64,000 nt of DNA, taken from contig JAFTOG010000050.1 of the NCBI GenBank assembly GCA_017451485.1, positions 1,380 to 65,379 of the forward strand, written 5' to 3'. The notes under the pieces were generated by a model, which had not been told where the DNA came from, did not search any database, and was given only the letters and a program-made list of their open reading frames with translations. This document shows positions 1 to 7,998 of this stretch, one piece after another. The number at the start of each line of letters is the position of its first letter. Within the stretch, counting starts at the first letter, position 1. The stretch is from Clostridia bacterium. Lineage in GTDB: Bacteria; Bacillota; Clostridia; Oscillospirales; CAG-272. A program made the position numbers and the translations under genes.

Positions 1-1
1 T

Positions 2-1426
2 ATCGGAAAACGGAAGAAATATCTGCTCACCCTTGCTATTATTATGTGCTATATAGGACTTACAGGCTTTTCCGAATCTGTAATGAGAGCAGGAGTTATG
101 CTGATAATTCTGTATACAATGTTCTTTTTTAAGCAAAGGGCAGATTTCGTTACGGAGATATTTTTGTCTGTTACTCTTATATGCATACTGTCACCCTATT
201 CGGTACTGTCGATAAGCCTGCTTTTGTCCTTCCTTGCCATGCTTGGATGTGTAATAAGCTCCTTTATCCTATCAAGAAAGAGGAAAAACAGGATAGTATC
301 CTATGTAAGGGGAGGGATTATTACCACCTTCTTTGTCAGCTTAACAACTCTGCCGTTAGCCTTTTTGAATTTCGGGTTTGTATCTGTGGTATCACCTTTG
401 GCAAATCTTGTTTTTATACCTCTTTTTAACATACTTTTGTATCTTTCTCCTCTCATGCTTCTATTTGGAGGAGTGCCGTATTTAGGAGATGGAATTGTGT
501 GGCTATGCGAGGGCTTAACTGATATTATCCTGTTCATTACAGGAAGCGTTGCACCTCTTCCAAATATTGTATTTCCCCTTTATACGGATATTCACGGTAT
601 AGGAATTGTAATTGTAGCCTTGGCGATTGTTATGATTATGGTTCTGAACAGGAAAAGGGTGAGGCTCAGCCTATCAATATTAGTTTTGGGGCTGTGTGTT
701 ATAGCAGGTCAGTCCGTGGCAATATCCGTTGACAGGCACACCAATACATATGTTACCACCTACGGTGACGACAGTGGCGACAGAACATATCTGGAATCCG
801 AGGGAGATATATGTGTTATTGACGGACACCCGGTATCAAAATCCTCCCTGTCAAATGCATATTACAATGTTAGTGCAATGGGGTATCTGGAGATAGATAC
901 ATATGTCATCACCGATTATAACTCACGCTGCTACAAGGCTCTTGATATGCTGACGGATAGTACATATGTTCGCAGGGTGGTACTCCCATCCATAACCAAC
1001 GAAAATGAGTTGCTCATATATTTAAGCATATCGGAGATGCTTGGAAAGAAAAATGTCGAGGTAGTAGCCAATACCGGAAATATAGAATTCAAGGGAAAGA
1101 GTATACATTTCCTTGTCGCTGATTTCATACCCAGGTCGGACAAGCGTTTATGTGCATATTCTATTGAGGGAGAGACCTCGAGATACACCTATGTAGGAGC
1201 ATCCGTACACGAGGGCAGACGGGGATATGAGTTTGCCCAAAGCTATATTTCAGGATCCGATGCAGTCTATTTCGGACGGTGTGGACCCGATTACAAATAC
1301 AGCTTCAAATATGATTTGAGAAATGTAAAATACTGTATGTTTTCCACTAAGGCAGTATATTATTGTAACTGTGAGACGGAAAAGGTAAGGATCGTTTTAC
1401 AGGACAGAAGATTTATTCTGAATTAA
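2..1426 (+). CDS. ComEC/Rec2-like membrane protein, C-terminal part (5' end lies left of the window)
   Basis: The frame is open from base 2 with no stop before the first Met at 44. A polytopic hydrophobic N-part (VMLIILYTMFFF, LLLSFLAMLGCV, several more TM segments) is followed by a soluble C-domain. Family assignment is from memory only. Confidence 0.5.
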   Translation: MGKRKKYLLTLAIIMCYIGLTGFSESVMRAGVMLIILYTMFFFKQRADFVTEIFLSVTLICILSPYSVLSISLLLSFLAMLGCVISSFILSRKRKNRIVSYVRGGIITTFFVSLTTLPLAFLNFGFVSVVSPLANLVFIPLFNILLYLSPLMLLFGGVPYLGDGIVWLCEGLTDIILFITGSVAPLPNIVFPLYTDIHGIGIVIVALAIVMIMVLNRKRVRLSLSILVLGLCVIAGQSVAISVDRHTNTYVTTYGDDSGDRTYLESEGDICVIDGHPVSKSSLSNAYYNVSAMGYLEIDTYVITDYNSRCYKALDMLTDSTYVRRVVLPSITNENELLIYLSISEMLGKKNVEVVANTGNIEFKGKSIHFLVADFIPRSDKRLCAYSIEGETSRYTYVGASVHEGRRGYEFAQSYISGSDAVYFGRCGPDYKYSFKYDLRNVKYCMFSTKAVYYCNCETEKVRIVLQDRRFILN

Positions 1427-1486
1427 AAGCCCGACATAGTATGGATAATTTCATGCTTAAGGGCTTTTAATTTTTTTGTAAACATA

Positions 1487-1515
1487 TTGACAAGTATGGT
1501 AAATTGTGCTATTCT
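1487..1515 (+). promoter_or_regulatory. sigma-A type promoter (TTGACA-17-TATTCT with TG extension)
   Basis: TTGACA at 1487-1492, a 17-nt spacer, and TGcTATTCT at 1507-1515. Confidence 0.55.
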
Positions 1516-1560
1516 AAATAGGCAGAAATGCAAAAATAAAATGCCAAAGGAGGCGATGTT

Positions 1561-1617
1561 ATGACAAGCTTATATTTATCGGATGTTATTTCTATCGCCT
1601 GTGGATCATTTTGCTAA
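1561..1617 (+). CDS. 18-codon ORF (MTSLYLSDVISIACGSFC) with a strong SD
   Basis: GGAGG at 1549-1553 lies 7 nt before the ATG. The ORF sits between the promoter at 1487 and the hairpin terminators at 1638 and 1690. Confidence 0.3.
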   Translation: MTSLYLSDVISIACGSFC

Positions 1618-1637
1618 CAGGATCATGTATACGCTAT

Positions 1638-1667
1638 CACATCCGGTTCGGGTGTGTTTTTATTTTT
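1638..1667 (+). terminator. intrinsic terminator
   Basis: Stem CACATCC/GGGTGTG (7 bp, one G-U), loop GGTTC, then a TTTTTATTTTT run. Confidence 0.6.
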
Positions 1668-1689
1668 CAGCGTTTGAAAAGTACTATTC

Positions 1690-1716
1690 GGCACCCGATG
1701 GGTGTCTTTTGTTTTT
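1690..1716 (+). terminator. second intrinsic terminator in tandem
   Basis: Stem GGCACCC/GGGTGTC, loop GAT, then TTTTGTTTTT. Confidence 0.55.
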
Positions 1717-1821
1717 CGTGGGAGCTCTTGGAATATAAGCATAACGAAAAATTCTATAGAGGAGGATTTTTGATTATGAAAGGAAGGCTTATATTGATTA
1801 TTGAAACAGGAGCAATAAGGA

Positions 1822-3885
1822 ATGAAAAGATTAAAAAACAAATTTTTACAAATGGACTTAAATACAACCACATATCAGGAAATGTACAATGCAACTATCA
1901 CAATACTTGACCCGGAAAGAGAATGGGCACCGCCTATTTGCACAGCTGACCCAACATATTACAGGGGGCAAATAGGCTTTACCGTAACCGGGACCCATAA
2001 GCTTGCCCAGGATAAGCCTACTGTGACTGTGGTTATTCCCAACGATTATATTCTTTCAGACAAAAGGAGGAGTGATATAGTGAAGAGATTAAAGCATTAT
2101 TTACGCAATATGGAGGAGGGCACATCCACCTACAAGGATATGTATGAGGGGAAGGCTCTTTGTATAACACCGTCAACTGCATGGGATGGACACGCACCTG
2201 AGCCTGAGGAGACAAACGACCCTACCTACTGGCACGATGACGGGATATCCTCCTTTACAATAGAGGAAACAAATAAGCTGTCAAAGGATATTCCCACAGT
2301 CACATGGCAGATTCCCTGTGAAAAGATAGGAATTTCTAAAATTACAGACACCTGTGCTGACTTTTGTCTGCGTAGATTCAAAAAATATATAGATGAGCTG
2401 AACAGAGAGCTTTATAACAGGAGCCGTCCCGATAATGAAAACGGCAGATATTATCTTTGCGAGCCCAGGGGTGAGGTCCTTACAAGAAATACTGCATACT
2501 TTGCTCTTTGCCCGCAGAAGGACTACGAAAACGGAGGCGGCTCCACGGTATATCTGCTGCGTGACGGTGTGGAAAGGCAGCCCAAGATGTGCCTGTGCAT
2601 ACGGTTACAGGTTCAGCTCCCCAAAAAGAGACTTAAAAAGGCCATGACAATGCTGTGTAAGGATCTGCCCGATGCAGTTGACAGATTTATTACCGATTTT
2701 GACTTTGAGGAGCTTGAGAAGGCATTGGAGCTGTCATATAAGCAAGAAATGATACGGGAGTATCTGAGAAGCAGTGATTATTGTGCTTTTATCGCTAACG
2801 GTAGCATTCTCCCACGAAAAAAAGGAACCGATTTACCTCTTGAGGGTGCTGTTCCGTTTTTATCGGTTAAAGAGGATGAAATTGAAATATGCGGAATCAA
2901 GGGCATGGGAATCAAACGGGGAGTTACCGTAATAACAGGTGGCGGATACTCGGGAAAATCCACGCTTCTTGATGCAATTTCTTCCGGAATATACAATCAT
3001 GTTCTCGGAGACGGGAGAGAGCTGTGTATAACAGATGAGACTGCAGTTACAATTTCTGCTGAGGACGGGAGAAGTGTAAAACGGGTTAATATATCCCCAT
3101 TCATAAAATGGCTACCGTCCGGTGATACGGCAGATTTCTCCACAGAGCATGCCTCAGGCTCAACATCTCAGGCTGCTAACATTATGGAGGCAATAGATTG
3201 TGGCTCCAAGCTTTTGCTGATTGATGAGGACAGAAGTGCAACAAACTTTATGATCAGAGATAAAATGATGAAGGAGCTGATACAAAAGGAGCCAATAACT
3301 CCTTTTACCGATAGAGTGCACGAGCTATATAAGTCCGGGGGAGTGTCTACAATTCTTGTAATTGGAGGAAGTGGAGAATATCTATCCGTAGCCGATAAGA
3401 TATACATGATGGAGGACTATGTTATATATGATGTAACCGACAGGGCAAAATCAATCTGTGTAAATAACAGAGTGGAAAATAAGGATGCTCCCTTTGCGGA
3501 CTGGAATCAGACAAGATTTCTGCTTTCCACCAAATTTACATCTTATCCCACAGGAAGCGGAAGTGAGAAATTAGAGGTGTCGGATATGGGATTCATTATC
3601 ATAGGAGATGAAAGGATAGATGTCCGTGGTCTTCATAATATTGTTAGCAATGAACAGCTTGATGCATTGGGATTTATGCTCCGTTACCTCGAGATATCAA
3701 ACATTGATAGCATAATTAACATAAAGGAAAGGATTAACGAGCTTTACGACAGGATAAAAAGGGAAGGGCTTGATTGTATATACTCATCCTTCTTTACAAG
3801 TGGAAGGCGTTTTCTCGACTTGCCGAGAAAAACAGAGCTTATTGCACTTATAAACAGAATGAGGCATATCTCTTTTGCAAGATAA
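1822..3885 (+). CDS. ABC-ATPase domain protein (COG3044 / 'predicted ATPase of the ABC class') with a duplicated N-terminal module
   Basis: Walker A ITGGGYSGKSTLLDAI, ABC-like HASGSTSQAANIMEA, and Walker B LLLIDEDRSATNFM. Start choice is uncertain (see finding). Confidence 0.8.
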   Translation: MKRLKNKFLQMDLNTTTYQEMYNATITILDPEREWAPPICTADPTYYRGQIGFTVTGTHKLAQDKPTVTVVIPNDYILSDKRRSDIVKRLKHYLRNMEEGTSTYKDMYEGKALCITPSTAWDGHAPEPEETNDPTYWHDDGISSFTIEETNKLSKDIPTVTWQIPCEKIGISKITDTCADFCLRRFKKYIDELNRELYNRSRPDNENGRYYLCEPRGEVLTRNTAYFALCPQKDYENGGGSTVYLLRDGVERQPKMCLCIRLQVQLPKKRLKKAMTMLCKDLPDAVDRFITDFDFEELEKALELSYKQEMIREYLRSSDYCAFIANGSILPRKKGTDLPLEGAVPFLSVKEDEIEICGIKGMGIKRGVTVITGGGYSGKSTLLDAISSGIYNHVLGDGRELCITDETAVTISAEDGRSVKRVNISPFIKWLPSGDTADFSTEHASGSTSQAANIMEAIDCGSKLLLIDEDRSATNFMIRDKMMKELIQKEPITPFTDRVHELYKSGGVSTILVIGGSGEYLSVADKIYMMEDYVIYDVTDRAKSICVNNRVENKDAPFADWNQTRFLLSTKFTSYPTGSGSEKLEVSDMGFIIIGDERIDVRGLHNIVSNEQLDALGFMLRYLEISNIDSIINIKERINELYDRIKREGLDCIYSSFFTSGRRFLDLPRKTELIALINRMRHISFAR

Positions 3886-3978
3886 AATGAAAGATGTCGC
3901 ATTTGTGCAAAATAAAGTGGAATTTTGTTTCATACTGTCATAAGATGATAATGAGCACAATGCTCAAAAGGAGATAAT

Positions 3979-4341
3979 ATGAAATTTGATTCCAATTACA
4001 GAGGCTCACAGCGTGCAGATTATGAGCAGTTTGCTAAATTTTTAAGTGGACGCAGAGCAAATGTTGACAACAACAGCTGCTCTGATAATAATGATTGCGA
4101 CCATAATCACGGCTGCAATCATAATTATGGTTGCGACCATAACAGCGACTGTTCTCATAATCACGGATGTGAGCAGACAATATGCGGCACCCGTCCCATT
4201 GCCATGGTGTACGGTATCAGCCAGGAATGGAAAAACCTTTACGATATTGAATTAGGGCTTTCCTACGGTACTGTTTTTGAGGAGCTGAATCTTCCTCTTG
4301 AAAAGACAGGTTGCTCAGGTGGAAGGGGGTGCAGAGGATGA
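3979..4341 (+). CDS. cotJA: spore coat-associated protein CotJA
   Basis: C-terminal motif PIAMVYGISQEWKNLYDIELGLSYGTVFEELNLP is typical of CotJA. It sits directly upstream of cotJB/cotJC. The central part is a His/Cys/Asn/Asp-rich low-complexity stretch. Confidence 0.75.
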   Translation: MKFDSNYRGSQRADYEQFAKFLSGRRANVDNNSCSDNNDCDHNHGCNHNYGCDHNSDCSHNHGCEQTICGTRPIAMVYGISQEWKNLYDIELGLSYGTVFEELNLPLEKTGCSGGRGCRG

Positions 4342-4601
4342 TGAATGTAAATCGTGAAAAGCTTATGAAACAGATACAGGCATATTCCTTTGCTGCCCAT
4401 GACGCTATGCTTTATCTTGATTGTCACCCCACATCAAAATGTGCTCTTGACTATTACAACAAGCACAAGGCATTGGCTATGAAGGCTACAAGGGAATACG
4501 AGGCACGCTTCGGTCCCTTGACATTGCCGTTTGATGCATGCTCCTGGGAGTGGACAAATGGACCCTGGCCCTGGCAAAATGAATGCAATTATAAGGAGTA
4601 G
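4338..4601 (+). CDS. cotJB: spore coat protein CotJB
   Basis: MMNVNREKLMKQIQAYSFAAHDAMLYLDCHP...ALDYYNKH...YEARFGPLT matches the CotJB signature. The ATGA overlap with the cotJA stop suggests translational coupling. Confidence 0.8.
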   Translation: MMNVNREKLMKQIQAYSFAAHDAMLYLDCHPTSKCALDYYNKHKALAMKATREYEARFGPLTLPFDACSWEWTNGPWPWQNECNYKE

Positions 4602-4604
4602 GCT

Positions 4605-4715
4605 ATGTGGCAGTACGAAAAGAAATTACAGTATCCCGTTAATATAAAAAATCCCAACCCCAAGTATGCACAGATTATAGTTAGTCAGCTTGGTGGAGCA
4701 GACTGTAAATTATGA
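4605..4715 (+). pseudogene. cotJC: cotJC 5' fragment (codons 1-31, then 5 phage-derived codons and a stop), split by prophage insertion
   Basis: MWQYEKKLQYPVNIKNPNPKYAQIIVSQLGG is the canonical CotJC N-terminus. The reading frame leaves host sequence after 4697 and stops at TGA 4713-4715. Confidence 0.9.
4686..4697. repeat. attL core (CAGCTTGGTGGA)
   Basis: An identical 12-mer occurs at 48940-48951, in the same cotJC codon phase at both sites. Confidence 0.85.
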
Positions 4716-4718
4716 TGA

Positions 4719-6194
4719 TTATAAATCGTGAAAATAAATAGCCAAGTTGCCTTTAGCCTTTTCATATATTATCTTTTCTATTATTGTATGGAGAGCTTCG
4801 TTTTTGGCGACGGCGGTGACATCTTCTCTTTGGATGAAGTCCACTATGCCTGAGACCTTTTCTGCAAAGGCATCTATGTCAGTTTCCTTTACGATCTCTT
4901 TATCTCTCCTTGCTATGAGGTCATCGATTCTCTTAGTGATTTCTTCCTTGTTTTGCTTATACTGCTCAATGGTGTCTATCTCTGCAAGGTATGCTTCCTT
5001 TGCTCTTGCAAGTCTGCGTTCCTCTACTGTTATGAGCTTATCAAAGTCAATTAAGGAATGGTCGGTATTTTTAGGCTTTGTCGGTACTAAGGTAAACTGC
5101 TTTGCTCCGACTGCCTGTTTGAGACCTTCAATAAAAGCGGCTTCAATTCTTGGAATGGTAATTCCGTGTGAAGTGTGACAAGAGCCTCTTGAATAATTGC
5201 AACATTGTAAGCAACGAGTCCCTGCTTTACCGCTTTTTCCGTTAACTGCAAGAGTGCCGCCGCAAGAACTACATCTTACAAGTCCTTTTAGCAAGTGGTC
5301 TATAGGTTGAGACTTTCTTGCATACTTGGGATAAACCTTCCTTTGTTCTTCAAGCATTTTTTGTACTTTGTCCCACAACTCCATTGAGATAAGCGGCTCG
5401 TGATGTCCGTCAACGGTCATTATCTTCTCATTCTCAAAGTCATATTTGCTCACGGCTCTCGCTCCGTCAAGACTCCAACGTATCTTTCCGATGTAGCAAG
5501 GATTGTGTAGTACATAGTCTATCCATCTGTTTTCAGGCTTCTTTCCATACCTTGTGCGGATGCCTCTCTCTCCCATCATCATAGCTATCTCTCTTTGCTT
5601 AACACCATTGGCATAAAGAGTGAATATCTCTCTGACGATATTCGCCTTGCCGCTTTCCTCATCGGGATAGTACATCTTGTCCCTCATAATATACCCAAAT
5701 GGGGGAGGGCAGGTAGGCTCTCCTCTTGTTGCTTTCTCTGTCATACCTCTCGTTACCTCCACTCCGAGGTTGACAAGATAGTATTCATCTGTCCATTCAA
5801 TAATTCTTTCTATAAGAGAGCCGAAATGTCCTTCAGGTATAGGCTCTGATACCGATACAACGGTCACACCTCTTTTGCGGAGGAGATTTTTATATACCAT
5901 ACTCTCCTCTTGGTTACGGGCAAATCTTGAGAACTTCCAAACATATATCACGTCAAAGGGATGCGTTTTCTCCTTTGCAAGAGCTATCATACGGTTGAAG
6001 TCATCCCTTTTTTTGACACTCTTTCCCGATATACCGTCATCATAGAATACATACTCATCGGGAATGATGTATCCGTCTTTTGCGGCATATTCTCGTATCT
6101 TCTTTAACTGCGAGTCGGGACTGTATTCATCCTGCCTCTCATCAGATACTCGGATATATGCGGCTCCGATCCTTAATAAATCTTCTTTATCCAA
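4719..6194 (-). CDS. large serine recombinase (phage integrase)
   Basis: N-terminal resolvase domain (AAYIRVSDERQ with catalytic Ser, DGISG, FSRFARN), a recombinase domain, a Cys-rich zinc ribbon (CSSCGG...CLQCCNYSRGSC) and a C-terminal coiled coil. The gene ends about 20 bp from attL. Confidence 0.92.
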   Translation of the reverse strand: MDKEDLLRIGAAYIRVSDERQDEYSPDSQLKKIREYAAKDGYIIPDEYVFYDDGISGKSVKKRDDFNRMIALAKEKTHPFDVIYVWKFSRFARNQEESMVYKNLLRKRGVTVVSVSEPIPEGHFGSLIERIIEWTDEYYLVNLGVEVTRGMTEKATRGEPTCPPPFGYIMRDKMYYPDEESGKANIVREIFTLYANGVKQREIAMMMGERGIRTRYGKKPENRWIDYVLHNPCYIGKIRWSLDGARAVSKYDFENEKIMTVDGHHEPLISMELWDKVQKMLEEQRKVYPKYARKSQPIDHLLKGLVRCSSCGGTLAVNGKSGKAGTRCLQCCNYSRGSCHTSHGITIPRIEAAFIEGLKQAVGAKQFTLVPTKPKNTDHSLIDFDKLITVEERRLARAKEAYLAEIDTIEQYKQNKEEITKRIDDLIARRDKEIVKETDIDAFAEKVSGIVDFIQREDVTAVAKNEALHTIIEKIIYEKAKGNLAIYFHDL

Positions 6195-6207
6195 TGTATA
6201 TCCTCCT

Positions 6208-6687
6208 TTACTTTATTTCTATTAAGTGTTCCCACATAAGATTTCCAAAATTATAACAGATGTCTGCGATTTTTGATATATTTGTTTCGTATTCCTTTAC
6301 AATGTAGTCAGGAAGAGTCATTAAGAAATACTTACCTTTTCTTTCAACGACCTTATTATACAATTCATTTGAGAATTGTTTTTTTAGTTCGTTAATTGAA
6401 TCATTGTGTTTGTGAATAACATCAAAAAGAGCATTTATTTGAAAACTTCTTGCAAAATCGGAACAAACCGAAGAAAGGTTGTCTAAGCGTTTTCTATACT
6501 GCAAAAAACACTCTTTGGTGATTTTTTGACAATGCCTCGAAAATTCGTTTTCAATACTATGCAGGCATTCTCTTAATTCAGAGAGCCACATTTCGTGACT
6601 TTCTCGATTTTCCTTTCCTTTTATCTCTCTAATAATGAAGAACAAAGATGTACCTACCCACAATACTAACAGGAGTGCTTCTGCCAT
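6208..6687 (-). CDS. hypothetical protein with an N-terminal TM anchor (AT-rich moron candidate)
   Basis: One N-terminal hydrophobic helix (LLLVLWVGTSLFFII) followed by a helical soluble part. Lies 13 nt upstream of the integrase gene on the same strand. Confidence 0.5.
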   Translation of the reverse strand: MAEALLLVLWVGTSLFFIIREIKGKENRESHEMWLSELRECLHSIENEFSRHCQKITKECFLQYRKRLDNLSSVCSDFARSFQINALFDVIHKHNDSINELKKQFSNELYNKVVERKGKYFLMTLPDYIVKEYETNISKIADICYNFGNLMWEHLIEIK

Positions 6688-6702
6688 AATATAAGCCTTT
6701 CT

Positions 6703-7149
6703 TTAATATCTAAAATATCCAAAGTGTCCATTGAGAATATCAATGGTGAGTATAATCAGAACGAATGCAACGAAGCCAAAGAAGAAAAATGCTAACCTGT
6801 GCTTTTCTTTACGTTCTCTTTCTTTATCTTCCTTCAAGGATTCGATTAACTTATCTTTCTCTATGAGACGCTCATCCTTCTCCCTTAATAGTTCCGAATA
6901 GGATGTGAGGGTAGCTTCAATCGGAGCAGAGATAGGCTGTGCTTCAGGTTGCTTGAGTCCTGCAATCTCGTCAAGGGACGCACCCAAGGCTATAGCAATT
7001 TGAGAAAAGGTGTCAAATGTGGGATTAGGTGTGCTTCCGTTAAATATTCTCGTGATGGTTGCGAGTGGAATATTAGATAACCTTGCAATTTCTGCATTAG
7101 TCATATGTTTTTCTTCTTTTAGTGCTTTTAATTTCTCTAAATACTGCAT
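6703..7149 (-). CDS. XRE-family HTH protein with a C-terminal TM anchor
   Basis: HTH MTNAEIARLSNIPLATITRIFNG, a coiled segment, and a C-terminal helix FFFFGFVAFVLIILTIDIL. Confidence 0.7.
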   Translation of the reverse strand: MQYLEKLKALKEEKHMTNAEIARLSNIPLATITRIFNGSTPNPTFDTFSQIAIALGASLDEIAGLKQPEAQPISAPIEATLTSYSELLREKDERLIEKDKLIESLKEDKERERKEKHRLAFFFFGFVAFVLIILTIDILNGHFGYFRY

Positions 7150-7337
7150 TTAGTCCTCTTTCTATAATATGGATTTAATCATTTGTGAGTAAGATGCTCA
7201 AATTTGAAAATCAAAGATGAACACCGATAATTTAAGTTGATATTGTATTGCTTAAACTTGCGTATTGAAATGTTTTTTCAATTGAGTTATACTTTTTTCA
7301 GAAACAAAGTTTCGAATATTGGGAATGTCAAAAAAGT

Positions 7338-7366
7338 TTGACAATTTTCATATAATAAGTTACACT
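7338..7366 (+). promoter_or_regulatory. promoter candidate (TTGACA-17-TACACT) for the small ORF at 7417
   Basis: TTGACA at 7338-7343 and TACACT at 7361-7366. A perfect TATAAT also lies at 7351-7356 but is badly spaced. Confidence 0.45.
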
Positions 7367-7373
7367 AAAAATA

Positions 7374-7385
7374 GAACATATGTTC
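7374..7385. promoter_or_regulatory. LexA (DinR) Cheo box GAACATATGTTC
   Basis: aGAACATATGTTCg matches the Gram-positive SOS box consensus CGAACnnnnGTTCG at 13/14 positions. It lies at or just after the predicted transcription start. Confidence 0.7.
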
Positions 7386-7416
7386 GCACAAGTGAAAGCG
7401 AAAGGGGATTATAGTA

Positions 7417-7560
7417 ATGACAGAAAACGAAAAAGAATTGATTAAACTCATTCGTGAAAACGATAAACCTGAACAAGCATTGATGGCAGCCGCTGTCATT
7501 ATTCTTGGCTTCCTAAAGCAACACGAATCATCTGCAAAACAAGTTGCTGTTGTTCATTAG
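7417..7560 (+). CDS. 47-aa protein (MTENEKELIKLIRENDKPEQALMAAAVIILGFLKQHESSAKQVAVVH); candidate SOS-controlled antirepressor
   Basis: SD AAAGGGGA lies 8 nt before the ATG. The ORF is below the ORF-track cutoff. It converges on the repressor gene and overlaps its 3' end by 62 nt. Confidence 0.5.
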   Translation: MTENEKELIKLIRENDKPEQALMAAAVIILGFLKQHESSAKQVAVVH

Positions 7561-7843
7561 GTACACGTCTGAATAAGTCGAGTAACATTTTTTCTCCCTC
7601 GGAAAGCTTCGGCTCTTCGGGGGAATTTTTTTGTCCTGTGTCTTCTATGAGGTCAGATTTTTGAATACCAAAGTAGTTTGCCAACATTTCTACTTTGTCC
7701 ATTCTCGGATATTTCTTTCCATTTACCCAATCTGTTATGGTAAAGTAGCTAATACCCAAAGCATTACTTATGTCGTTTCTGCTCCTGCCATTTAACTCCA
7801 TATACTTTTTTAGATTTGAAGCAAATATGTTTTTATTATCCAT
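7499..7843 (-). CDS. CI-like XRE-family repressor (HTH only, no S24 peptidase domain)
   Basis: HTH RSRNDISNALGISYFTITDWVNGKKYP. The protein is 114 aa and the gene is divergent from the cro-like gene. Confidence 0.8.
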   Translation of the reverse strand: MDNKNIFASNLKKYMELNGRSRNDISNALGISYFTITDWVNGKKYPRMDKVEMLANYFGIQKSDLIEDTGQKNSPEEPKLSEGEKMLLDLFRRVPNEQQQLVLQMIRVALGSQE

Positions 7844-7863
7844 TTTTTCACCTCCCTATATAC

Positions 7864-7892
7864 ATTATAAGGCTAAAAGCACAAAAAATCAA
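7864..7892 (-). promoter_or_regulatory. repressor promoter (minus strand TTGATT-17-TATAAT)
   Basis: The reverse complement of 7887-7892 is TTGATT and that of 7864-7869 is TATAAT. The promoter is overlapped by the AAAAGCACAAAA repeats. Confidence 0.55.
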
Positions 7893-7907
7893 TACAAAAG
7901 CACAAAA
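7875..7907. promoter_or_regulatory. two direct operator half-sites AAAAGCACAAAA, 21 bp apart
   Basis: Copies at 7875-7886 and 7896-7907. Each contains the AAGCACA half of the palindrome TGTGCTTTAAGCACA. Confidence 0.6.
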
Positions 7908-7923
7908 TTTTTCGATTTATGTA

Positions 7924-7952
7924 TTGACAAATCGTGTCGAATATGATAATAT
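7924..7952 (+). promoter_or_regulatory. early lytic (cro) promoter TTGACA-17-TAATAT
   Basis: TTGACA at 7924-7929 and the -10 region TGATAATAT at 7944-7952. Confidence 0.6.
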
Positions 7953-7957
7953 GTAAC

Positions 7958-7972
7958 TGTGCTTTAAGCACA
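7958..7972. promoter_or_regulatory. operator palindrome TGTGCTTTAAGCACA (at +1 of the cro promoter)
   Basis: Perfect 7-1-7 palindrome. The 18-mer ACTGTGCTTTAAGCACAA is repeated at 8193-8210. Confidence 0.7.
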
Positions 7973-7998
7973 ATTCGACAAAAAAGGAGGCAAGCAAA

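Noticed and set aside
1611-1910. The 99-aa track ORF upstream of the ABC-ATPase gene.
   Set aside because: It spans two intrinsic terminators and has no SD at its start. Only its last 44 codons (ATG at 1777 with AGAGGAGG) might be real, and that is mentioned under the 1487-1716 finding.
4698-4740. I looked for inverted repeats flanking the att core, as expected for attP arms of serine integrases.
   Set aside because: Short similar words (ACAG/ATCAT on one side, CTGT/ATGAT on the other) are present, but they are not in true inverted order. No convincing dyad could be established by eye.
7163-7171. A sigma-K/sigma-E-like -10 (CATATTATA on the minus strand, with AC 17 nt upstream) lies in front of the HTH-TM/TM/integrase operon. 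It would tie integrase expression to the mother cell.
   Set aside because: The motif is short and degenerate and sits in AT-rich DNA. It lies so close to the SD that the leader would be only about 10 nt. It cannot be separated from chance by eye and needs transcript mapping.
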